This document shows positions 32,818 to 45,100 of a stretch of DNA of 64,000 nucleotides, piece after piece (position 1 is the first letter of the stretch; every line of letters begins with the position of its first letter). The notes beneath the pieces were generated by a model. The model was not told the DNA's origin and searched no databases. It worked only from the letters and a program-made list of their open reading frames with translations. Source of the DNA: Corallochytrium limacisporum Hawaii. Taxonomy: Eukaryota > Protista > Pluriformea. Made by a program: the position numbers and the translations under genes. The DNA is taken from assembly GCA_002811645.1 (NCBI GenBank), contig PDIP01000015.1:1-64000 (forward strand). The letters are read 5' to 3'.

Positions 32818-35800
32818 CTTGTTGGCCGTTTAAGTCTTTCGTCGAAGTAAGGGGTTCACGGGTCACTGCGTCTCATACTGACCTTGTCCTTGGAATTTCT
32901 CTGTACAATTATTTGTTCGGTCTTACAATTTGTAGACTCTTATTTTTCCAACCAGCGTCACTCTTGACACCAATGATCTTTACCTTGTACCGCATAAACA
33001 CCTGGTTCAACCTCTCCAAGATTGATTGCAAGAACTTCTACCATACGTTCGAACCGTGATGGCTAGAAGTATAAATTCAAAGCGTTTTCATTTCCTTTTC
33101 CTCACGAACAATGTTCCTAAAGTGTTCTGGCAGGACCACAGAACAGTTAAGCCTGCTAAAAACGCATCACAAGAGCAGTTCAAGCTTGCCGCAAAGGCAA
33201 ACTCTCATGGAAGGAAAGTGGTGCCCGCGAAAATGGGGGGTTTGGCGGACTGCGTGTCGTGTGTGGGGATCAGGGGCCATTGAGAAAATTTTATCTGCCC
33301 TCGACCCACCCTGATCCATAGTAAAAGAACCGGGCAGAGCAGGAGAGGGGGGAAAGGGGTCGGGAAACGGCAGCAAGGGGGGGGGAACTCCCCAAGAGCG
33401 GGAAGCGAGAGAACAGAAAAGACTCGGCAGTGGTGCATACGCGCCGAGAGGAGTCGGTGTCTCCAAAGGGTGAAAAGGAAACTGGGGAACAGGGAGAGGC
33501 CCGCGGGGGAAGAGAAGAGGAAGGGGGGGGGAGGGAAGGAGGGAGGGAAGGTGGAGGGGCAAGGCTCCCTGCCCGGGCGCGCTGCTAAGCGGGGAGGGCC
33601 CTCCCCCCCTTTCTTTGGACAGACCAAGAATTGGCCAGTCGTTGGTCACCCCATACCCCCGGGAGTCGGATAACTGAGGCGGGAGGGGCTCAACTGAAAC
33701 AACCAAGGGCAAGGAAAAAAAAAGTGGTGGGACCCAAAGGAGAGGCGGGCCAGATTGCATACAAACAAAAACTCGAAATCAAGACTTCGCTCAGTGTTTC
33801 CATAGAGTTTGTATGCGCTTTAGCTTTATCCTTGGTCGGATTAGAAAAAAATCCTTCCCTGTCTGCACATGGACATCCGATCTGGAACTCTCTCGGGTAC
33901 AGGCCAATCTTGACCGTATATATGGTCATCATCAAGATTTTTATTAGCCTGCTTCCGTGGCAGTTACTTTTCAACCAACCAGAGCACTTGGCATGCTCCC
34001 TCGTTGTGATCCCCCCCTGCTCTCTTTTTTTTGCAGGCTTTCGTGATCAAGATGTCTATTCCGGGGAACCAAGCCGCACGCATACACGCAGACAGACCTC
34101 GCCGTGTTCCCGTTCTCCCTTGATGATGAGGAATGAAGAGCAATTGCCGCCATTGATGCTGAGTGGATTGAGACCGGTGTGTAATTTTTCGTTCTAGACC
34201 CAGGCAAAGTGTTCGTTCCTTTTTGATCCTCGATTCTATTCCGGGTACGGACCAAAGGAGAGGATCGCGAGGATCAGTAAATTTTTTAGTGCTTCCGTCA
34301 GATCAAAAATGGCACGACGCGCGCAGGGACACCACCGAGCGCCCTCCCCCCCTTCCCCCTCCCCTCCCTTTCTTCCCCAACAAGAATTTTTCAGAGATAG
34401 TCACCGACAACGCATACCCCAAGCGCGCGTTCCCCTGCCAGTAAATATTAAGGAGCTGGTTTCCAGTTGCGAATGATCATAGGTATGCATGACAGGGCAA
34501 TCCATACATGGAAAGGGTGGAACCGGAAGACCCATATCAGCATGCTCGTTCCCTTTGCGCCTTGTCGCATTATGTATTGCAAATTGAATTGGATAGGAGA
34601 TCAGCTGCAATTCACCGATAATGAGCAGCAGTAATGGTAAGCAACGCGATCTTCGTTTGCAACTCCACCACCAATACAGTGGTTCGTCAGAAACACATTG
34701 ACCGCCCAGGGTTGCCATTGTAGCACATCGAAACGTGCTCGGAGTGCATGGGGTTAGGGTTAGGGCGTCTGGTATGACATGGTTGCTTTGTGACCGCCGA
34801 GAGAATGTTCAGATCCGAGCCCCTTCGCAAGAGCATTCCCGAGTGAACTGTGGTCCAGGATTCCAAGCCTCAGAAAGATATCTTTGACAGCATATGTGAA
34901 TCAGCAAGATTTCTACACCTCCATTAGTCTATCGCAAACGGCCCTGTGATCTAGAATTGACACGCAGACCTACATATCCCGAATCTCTCCGCACTTATCA
35001 TCAATATTGTGAATGGGCTCAGGAATAAGTTTCAGAGGGTAAAAGCCAACGGGCCGGTGCGGTGCAGGCAGAAGGAGAAAGAGAGGAAGGAGAAAGAGAG
35101 GAAGGAGAGAGAGAGAGAGAGAGGAGGGGGCAGCAACCCCGAGCTGTTGTATCCCTGTCCAGTCTTTGACAATTTGGCGAAGTCATTTATGATTATACTG
35201 CACTTAATATGGATCTATGGAATCCAGGAGAGGAGAGAGTCAAAGTGGCGTACCGAGGTTTGCCAAAATGTCAGGAGTGTGCGACGGGAAGGAGGGGGGA
35301 GGGGAAGTGATGAAAGCCAAGCAAAGAGTGAAACAGGGGACAAAAGAGGTATCCAGATCAGGGATCAGATCTTCAGTACATTCTTTATGGAAAGTGGGAC
35401 ATAATTCATTCTTAGCAATCGTACCCGGTCTTGGCCAACTGGATGTCAGTTTCCGGCAGCCCCGGTGTTTTTTTTTTTAATCTCTTGCAATAGCCTGAAT
35501 TCACCCATACCGAAGTCGTCCAACAAAAATTCCTCCGCTGTTGTGTCTCACGTACTCCGTTAATAGATACTTGGTGTCCGTTCGTTTCACGGGGCTCTTA
35601 ATGGCCACTCAGTCTCCCTCCCGGAACGATGGTCACGGGCTCGTACCATCCATCGCGCGTGCTAATGAATTCCCGGAGGGCCTAAGGGGATCTCGGAGGA
35701 CTTGTTTGGTGGTCTTTCCGAGATCTGTCTTTTCCTCCCTCTGTAGTTAGCATCTTATTGTACTGTAATGTTCTCGCACTCTGCTTCCCGTGTTCGCGTC

Positions 35801-36180
35801 TTGAGAGAGAACCACCACCCCACCAGTGCGAAAACTATTAAAAGTACAGAGGGTGCCGCCCCTGCCCCGGGCAAGAGACACAGAGAGAGAGAGTGCCACA
35901 GAAATCATAGGCAACCGCACAACAAAGAAAAAACAAATAGAAAGAAAAAGGCGAACAAAAAAACGATAGACTAGCCATATACCTAAAACAAAATATAAGG
36001 GACGGAGGAGAGACTGGTAGTGGGGGACCCGGAGCCAATGTACCCTGGGAGAGTACTGCACGGGAAACTCCGGCAAACGCTTTACCCGCCGTCCGGGGAG
36101 AATAGAAATGGAAGGTGAGAAAAAAAGCCAGCAAAATACAAAGGGAAAAATAACGAGAGAGATTAAGAAGAAAGAGAAAC

Positions 36181-36241
36181 ACAGACAGAGACAGACAGAG
36201 ACACAGAGACAGAGAGAGAGAGTGAGAGAGAGAGAGAGAGA
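36181..36241. repeat. GA/GACA microsatellite within a purine-rich tract
   Basis: Compound (GA)n/(GACA)n; a smaller (GA)n lies at about 35105-35122. Confidence 0.9.
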
Positions 36242-39193
36242 AAGCAGAAAAGGAAGGAAAGGTGGCACAAGAGGGTGAGGCACTTTCCCGCAAAATCTCG
36301 CCAGCGAAAAGCAAAGAAAATCAACCGAAATAGTAGCAGCGACGCGGGGTGCGGGGAATTAATTTGGCGGGATTGACAGACGAAGAGGAAGATGAAGAAG
36401 GACAGAACAAGATATATCTTGCGGAATGGGGGCTCTTGAGCTAATGGAGCATATCCCAAGCAGCTGGTCCATACATTCGAACTGTAATCTTTACTTATCG
36501 CCACCATCCAACCCTCTTTCTACTGCATTATCATGTCGTTTGCATGTCCAAATAGTTCATAGGGGAGGGCCGGCGGGTACGCGCAGGGCATGAAAGATCT
36601 TTCACAAACTGGAAGAGGGATTGCTGCCCACTTCTGCATGTCTGTGGAGTGCCCACTTACTTTAAACAGAAAGAGAAAACATTCTCTCGATTGGATACCA
36701 CATTAATTTGATCATTTCGCAGTTTCTGCCTGCGAAGTACCTTCCCAGACCATGGGGACACGGAGTCAAAAAGCGTATCAATTTGCTGACCATTCTACAC
36801 ACGGGAAGGGCAGTTCGGGGCAAGCTCGGGATTACCCATCATGTGAGCTGGCATCAGATCCCACCGAGAGCGCGCCGATTCTGCTGAGATCATAGGGTGT
36901 TAACTGGGACATGCATGCACCGGGAATGGGTGTGTGTGTCTGGACGACGGGCGCAGTATTTCTTACAACAGGTTGCTCGTTCCGTCGGGCTCGGGGCACT
37001 GTTGTAAAGCGGAACGCAAAGCACTCCCACCGCATTGATGGCAATCACAAGGCATGCGAAAGCGAATGAGACTTTGGTGTGAAATTTATGCCTCGGCGCC
37101 TTGCACCTAGAACCAGTGCATTTCTCTCTTCGCAAAGGATACCACGCATTATTTCGCGGTTGATGTCCATGATCGTACCGACCGCCGACGGCAGTATTCT
37201 GCGGATGGACAACGCATAAAATGCCGTGCATTGCGATTCGAACCCCCCTCCTCCCCGGGGGGGGGGGCGGAACTGATCCTTCTTTGGTCGATCCAAATCA
37301 AATTGAGAGAACGAAACGGGAGAGAATTTTTTTGGAGGGCGGGGCAACAGGGAGGGCGGTGAGGGCGCCGCCGAATAGGAAAAAGGGCGCGGGCAAAGGG
37401 CCCGCCCACCCACAGCCAGTGCTGATCCGCAAGTACAGACCCGGCTGGCATGAATTATACAAACGGTACCAACGAGAGCGGAACACGCCGCGTACTACCA
37501 TCCATACCGAGCACTAGCAGCTGAGCTAATGATAACATGGCCCTGCTGCTCATGATGCTGCCTGGCATTGATATCTATCTATAGTGCAGACTATACACTT
37601 GTGCTTACCACAGATTCCCGCCGTAACATGTCCAGCACACATCGTATTTTATTTCTGTGCAAACTGTTGTGTTATACATTCCTCTGCACTAAAGAAGACG
37701 ATGAGGAAGGTCTTTCTTCCTCTATGATCCTTAGCATTCTCGGTTGATGCTTAGTCCCTGTTGGCGTCCTTGATCTCCTCCTCCTGCTAATTTCCTCTTT
37801 GTGTGTCCTCGCAAACCTTGTCGTCACTGAGTGTGCTAGAGCCTTGAATTTGGTCACTTGCAAAACACTACGCAGGATTTTGGTTCCGCATTTTTTTGGA
37901 TGAGACGGACTGCAATGGGCACGTTATCAGTGGGTTGCGAGGTAAAGCATCACTTCACCACACGAAGAGAGCTTTCCATGCGCGTCAATATGGATCACAA
38001 GATGCCCGTTGTAAACTTAAGTGATGGTCACGATCCCGTTAGTGAACAGTATGCATTGCTCTAAGAGAGTGTGGTACTTTAGCAGGTGAATTTCGTGGAG
38101 GCCCGTACTGTACAGCTCGCCTAGGGTGCGACGGTGATCACAATGGCAGATGACACTGCCACGTCTCCTTCGTGCGCAGGTACCACAAAGATAGGCAGCA
38201 ATCCGACATGAGCGAACAAATTACGCACCAGAAGGACTGGGGTTCCGTTCGCAGGTGAGATGTTTGGTGGTCTGCGGGTTATGGTAGCTCCTCTCTCCGG
38301 ACACCCCCTGCGGTCCATGCTAACCCACACACAAAGGGAAGGGATCGCAGAAAGGTGGGAACTGCTAACTGCCAATACATGGAGATCTCCAATCGAGATG
38401 GTACGAGTTGATGTTTTGTTCGACAGTAGTGGTTTTCAGGTGCCCTAGGAGCTGGTCTCCCTCACCTGCATGGCTCTTCGGCCTCTTCCCCAGTTTTTCG
38501 TTTCTTTCAGGATGCCCTGCACAATCGTAAAATTAGGCCCCCGTTGAAATAAATGGCAGAAATACGCCTCGATTCAGAATCCACCACATGACTCGCCGGC
38601 CCGCCCTCCATCCTCAAGGACCCCCTCCCCTCATTTTCTCGCTATATGTGAACCCGCTGTCACACACACTCTTTGCAACGCAAGCGCAGTACATTCGCTA
38701 CCGACCTTGGTCCCGGCCACGCAGGCGGCAGTTTGCCAGTACTGAGTGTACGTTTGGGAGAGCGGGGGATGAACCGGTTTGGGGGTGTGCTGCCGGGCCA
38801 TAGTGTACTGCCAGAGGGCCGACGCGTTTGGTGGGGTTGGGAAGCAAGTGGGGAGGGAGGAGGAGGTAGGGTGCGTGTGGCCGGCCGAGGCCACTGGCTG
38901 GTCGGTGGGTCCCGCCTGGATTTACTTGACCGCACGGGTTTCAAGGAGTGGGATGGCTCATGGTTCTGGTTCGCAGGATGTCTCCAGTTGTTGAAGACCA
39001 TATTGATAAGGTGACGGCAATGTGAAGGTACGAGATTTCAACTGTTCAATACACGATATGCTTCAAACTTATAACACCAAGAGGTCTTCAGAGTACCATG
39101 GCACGAAGCGAGATCACGCGATAGTTAGCCATGCACTGTTGACAAATCGCTTTGCATAAGCATCGTGTAGTAGCAGTTTAAACAATAGAATAA

Positions 39194-42100
39194 ATGGCGG
39201 CCAGCAGCTTGCAAGCACAGCTGGACCGTCAGGCGGCCCAGGCAGGCCTGACACCGCAGAGCACCAGGCAGACAGATTACCCAAGTCTTCTTTTCGACCA
39301 GAAGGAAGCACGCCAGCTGGACCAAGAAACCATTCGTCAGCTTGCCCTCAATGGCCTTGACGAAATTCGCTCGTCTGCGGCGAAATATCAGAGCAGTTAT
39401 GATGGGAATCAGACGGTTGCAGATGTACTAGAGGGTTTGCTAGAAGACCAATCGGGCGTGGTTATCGAAGCCATGACTTTGGACGAGGTATCAGATCTGG
39501 ATCTGCGGATACGTAGTGTTCTACCACTTCTGGGTCGGAGTCTTCTGCAGCGGGCATCACAGAAAATTATTGAATACCTGTTGCGCCGATATTCCATCCA
39601 CAAACGGCTGCAGGTGGATGTCATCCACACAGTACTGCCGTATCTACGGACCCGGGTGTTTGTCCGGCTCATGATTACCCTGCAGTTGGGACAAAAGGAG
39701 TGCCCCCACTATGCTTGGCTGGTACCACAGGTTTGCAAACCGAAGACGCCTTTGAGTATGTCTGTCTTGGCCCAACGTCTCAACAAGGACCCCACCCTGT
39801 TTGTCACTATTAGCAAGGCATGCCAGCACCTGATTCGCCAATTCGTGCCCAAGGAGATTGTTGGTGATGCACGACAGCCCTCCACAGATCTCGGGGAGAT
39901 GTACGCCAGCTTTCTGACAGTGCTTGGAGCGGACTTTATCGCGGAAGTGGTACAAGCACAGGTTACTGCGGGAGCCGGCCTGAAGGGGAAGCGCCAAGAA
40001 GCTGCGCTTTTGGTTGCGCAGACTGCAATTGAATGCCTAGAGAACGCCTCGGACGTACAGAAAAATTCGGGGGCGCGTTCTATTGCCATCGCTGATGTCT
40101 TGCGCTCGATGGCACATACTCTCAGCATTGTATTGGCACAGAAGGTACAAATTCCTGCCAAGGCCCTGGTTGAGCTCCTTGGCGCGTTCATGCAACATCA
40201 CAGGGTGGCAACGACGGGACAGAAGGATTCGGCTGCCCGCGCGAAGGGAACACAAATGTTGTACACACTGGTTGTTCTTACTCAGACGCAGGGTGTCCAG
40301 GCTCTTCCTGTCCCTTTGATCAGCGACCTCATTCAGACATTTGCAGACGGATCCCTGGGAACACAGCTTCAGCAGGCATTTGAACAAAAAGGGGCGGGCG
40401 CGGATGCGTTCCTGACTGCCCTGATCAACACAGTGATTGATGAAAGTAGCCAAACTCTGCAAGGCAGCAATGGCATTGTGCTGACTCCTCACGGGCTGTC
40501 AGTCGAGCAGAACAAGCTTTTGGCGTCATCACTGCACACAACATTCGCATCCGTAGACGTACCGCAAGGCGTTTTGGATCAGCTCGTCCTGAAGGCTATT
40601 GGATCCGTAATTGTCTATGGAGAGAAGTCCCAGATTGGAAGTGCAATCTTGAGCGGTGCACATGTACGGGATCCCATGTATGTCGATGCCGTCATCGCTA
40701 TGATCACAGATAAGTCACAGAGCAAGATGTCCACCAAATTGTGGACGGTAGCCAAGGAGGTGGACTCATGGCGCACGGACTTGAAGAGTGAGACTCAAAT
40801 GCGGCAGAAAATCACAGAGAACTTGGATGCTTTGGTTGCATCAACAGCGAGGTTCGGAAACGAAGAAGGTGGCTTATTGCAATTATTGACAGAGTCCGAG
40901 TCCAACATCAGCACTGACATCAATGTGCACAAACTGACCGGTGCATTACATCATCCTTCGGTTGACATGCGCAGAAACGCAGCGGAAACTCTAGTGTCCG
41001 TCCTAGAATCTTCTAAGTGTGAACTGGCAGACCGCGTCATGGAATCCTGCCTCACCTACATTCCGGACCTGTTGATGGACACCTCGGCAGATGTAAGTCG
41101 CCAGGGAATTGCCCTGTTTCAGGTGTTGAGGGGAATGAAGGGCTTTGAGGCCCACAAGACTGAACCCATCTTTACCGCGTTGCTGAGGTACCTTTGGCAA
41201 AGCAGTATGAAGACAGATGCAAGTGCTTCACAGGATGTGCAAGCAGCATTGGTGGTTCTCTACGAAGCGTACGGTCCTGCTGAACACTTGAAGGAAACCG
41301 TGGTGTTGTTCATTGCTACCTTGTGCGCACGTCCGTCTTCCATTCTGCTGCAGAAGAGGAACACATTACTGAAGTCCCTGAAGGCGATCAAAGAGGGGCC
41401 CGAATGCTTGGAAATTTTGGTTGCATCTGACCTTCGCGGCCTGGGATCCAATTTCAGTGCCTTCCTCCTGGAATCTGGTGATGGCTTTGTAGAGAACATT
41501 CTCTCTGCGGGTTCTTCATTGGTCCAGATTGGTATACCCAGTCAGCACATTGAATCAGCTCTCGCCATGCTGAAGCTCGCGGCGGCCTCTGAACTGAACA
41601 AGACACAGGCATCGAAGCTGCTGGCCAATAGTGGAGAGGACAACCGTACGAAGGGATATGTACCCCTCTGGGATCGTTTGGTGGCACCCCGTATTGGGAC
41701 AATGCACACTGCTCATGCTAATGCCACTGGACAGGAGACAACTGAAGTGTTGGGTGATTTCCTGGGTGCCCTTGTCAAGTGCAAGACGCACGCAGAGGTT
41801 TATGACGTTATGGCGAAGGAATCACGGGTAGATGGTGCTTTGGAGTGGGATCTGACGAAGGTATTCTTGGCCTCAAAGGCAGCTTTGATGCTTGTCCTAG
41901 CTGTGGATGATACACTAACTTTATGTGATTGTTTGGACAGTCTGCTTGCTTTCCAGAACAAGACGATTCTCAAGCTGTGCGCCCCTATCGTTGGTACCGA
42001 TCGCATTGCAACCGGTGGAGATTTCGTGTCGGGACAGATCACGTTGTTGCGTCTCACTCTACAGCTCAATCGCAATGCGGTGGCTCGGAGCAATGCGCTC

Positions 42101-45100
42101 CTGTTCCTTGGAGCATCTATTCAGGGTATGGGAAGGGTAGCTATTAAACAACATGCTACCCACTTGGGTCAAGTTGGACTCTTTGTGGCCCTCAACTGCT
42201 GTGATGAGTCCAGGCGCGTACGCGAATCTGCTGTGGAGGCATTGCAAGCTCTTGCTCGCATAATCGAAGCTGGCGGTCTAGTGGCCACTGACATGAAGGC
42301 TAGCAGTAAATCCGCGAAACAAAGCGTTGTACCGGGGGCAGTCGTACCTTTACCTGTGCTCAGCGCGCTGTTGGCAACTCTGCATGTTGCTGCTACCGAC
42401 ATAGCGACCGATCCAGCACACATCAGCGAGGCCTTGGCTCGTTACTTCCAGCAGCAATCCGACGATGATGTGTGTCGCGCTTTACTTAACAGCGTGGTTA
42501 CGTGCGTAACGTCCCAGAAGCACACGTACGGTGTTCATCAACGCGCACTGCAACTTGTTCACGATCTGGATCCAGTGATGCAGCAGCAAATGTTCTTGCC
42601 ATTCAGCCTGCAAAACGCGAAGTTTCTTATGCGGTCTTTGCAGGGATCCATGGATAGGGCCTCGCCTGTGGTGAAAAAGTGTGCCAGTCTGTGCGCCAGA
42701 ATCCTTACACGCTGTGAGGACGGGGCGGCTAGCCTGACGGGTGTGCAGAAAGGCCAACTCGTTGAAGTTTTTGACCTATTCCTACGTCTGGGCTCAAATA
42801 AGACCGACGAGGAAACTCCCCAAGCCATTGTTCTTCGATCCTTTTTGACCAGGAAAGTTGGGTCAAAAGATGTGGGTATTGATGACGACGACGATGCGAT
42901 TGAAACTCCCAGTCCACTGTGGACCTCTCTTGATACGTACAAGGATCGTCTTTACGTGAGGCTATTGACCCTGGGGGGAAACATCAATGCTAATACGTCC
43001 CTGTCCATGCAGGAGGTCGCCACCCATACAGCTGCGGTGCTTGCCGTTGCATCGCTCGGTGTACTAGAGTTTGTTGGACGCATCCTTCGCGATCACATGG
43101 ATATGCTCCTTGAGGCCATCAATGTCAAAGACACCGATCATTTGTCATTGGCTGTGCGTGCTGGTAAGGGTATCTTTGAGAACCTGTCACCAGAGCAGGC
43201 CCAGTCGGACGAGACTATCACCGAGGGAACTTTCGCCAAGCGGAATTTGGAAGTCGTAAACACTATTCTGATGATCTGCGCAAAAGCAGACTTTGCTGAC
43301 TTTATGGAGCTATTGCAGGGAGAGGGTGCCACTGGTGGTCTCGCACTGTTGAAGGATACTAAACGCAAAGGTGGCAGTGCTAAGAAGGCAGGTGCGGCGT
43401 CCGATGATCTCGGTTCTCTGGCCACCTCCTTGCAGAACATGATTTCCAACATTTCATCAGCAATTCAAGGCCTGCTTGGTATGGAAGGTGTGGAAAGGAA
43501 GAAAACATCGAGAAAACAGCCTGTGACTACACCAAGTGGCTCTGTGGAGATCTCCGTCGATGCTTTGGAGTACACACAACAAAATATTATGATTGCGCTG
43601 CAAAGAGTTTGGGACCGAGTCTTGGCATGGAGGGACTCGTCGGCGACGACTCTGGACCTGGACAGTATTCCTGTGTTTAGTGCTATGCGTGCTGATGTGG
43701 CAGTGACTTGTCTGCGGATTTCTCGCAACCCCGCTACCCAGCATCAGGCTCTGAATGTGCTCAACACAATGGCGCGCCTGCAACCCCACAGGGTGGTTCA
43801 TGAAGTGATGCCTATCTTCACTTTCATGTCTACGTCAACTATTCGGCATGACGACAACTACACCTTTAAGCTGATCAAGGATACCATTTGCAGTATCATT
43901 CCTGCCATCATGTCGGGCGGGGAGTCATCTGCGGAGGAGAACACGGAGCGGGCCGTGAAGCAACTGCATTTTGACATCATCAAGGTCTTCGTCGACGCTT
44001 GGAAGCACATTCCGGCCCATCGTCGCCATGATCTGTACAGTGAGGTGGTGGCTACTATGGGTGCAGCAGACTACCTACATGTCATGATTGCCATGCTCCT
44101 GCGACGTGCGGATACCATCCAAATGCGCAAGGGACTTTCATCATCTAGTGAAGCCGAGGCGGATGGTGATGACTACAGTACGTTTGCCCACTTGCTCATG
44201 CATGACTACAACGCGGCTACCCAGCTCCAGGCTACATACAAATTGCTGCTGGTGCCTTGGATTGCGCCTTCTGTGGTGCGATTGCCTGAGGATGGCGATA
44301 TGTACAGTGATGACGATGACAACGACGAGGACCGCTTAGGAGGCAACCTGCATCCCGATGACTTGCTTCTCTCCAATATGGCTATTGGTGACGGCAAGCG
44401 CGGTACTTCCATGAAGACTATGCTGCGGAAGACTAATATTGTCCTTTTCGCTATTCGTCGCCTTGATCGTGCCGACTTACTTGAGGGCATTGTGACCCTC
44501 GAACGAAGTGGGGGTCAAGACGCCCTTGAAGCGTTGCAAGTGGAATACCTGCGCCTTCTTGAGGCATGCCTGCTTTTGCAGGCATCTTTGCAGGGACTGA
44601 CTTCGGGTGACACCACGGGAAGTCTGGCCAGCCGGATCCTCCATACCCGCGCAGACCATGCAGAGTGCCTGAAGGGATACAAGCGTCTGGGTCGTTGGGT
44701 GCTGGAACTGATGGACCGCGTCAATGGTCTCATGGCCTTCACGACAGTAGTGTCTGTTGTGGACCGCTTGGTGCGTCACAGTGACGCAGTGATTCGTCGC
44801 AAAGCTCTGTTGCTGCTTAACAGGCGTATCGAAGCATCTAAGGGGCAGCTCACAAAAACAGAGATCGAGTCATTGCTGTCATTCTTCCCTAGTATTCTAT
44901 ACATTATCAGTGCTGGGCGTTTGAATGCCGAGGACGATGGAGAAAGCGAAGACGAGGAAGATAGTGAACCGGAGACTGTCATAAACCGCCAGGTCGCGGT
45001 TCTTGTGTGCGAAAACATGGCACGCTTTCTGGCGAAGAAGTATCCCCAGGACTTTGATCGCGGCATGGCCCTGCTCCTGGAAGACAAGGTGCTCCGCACC

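Noticed and set aside
34751-34766. Telomere-like (TTAGGG)2
   Set aside because: Only two units; too short to call an interstitial telomere.
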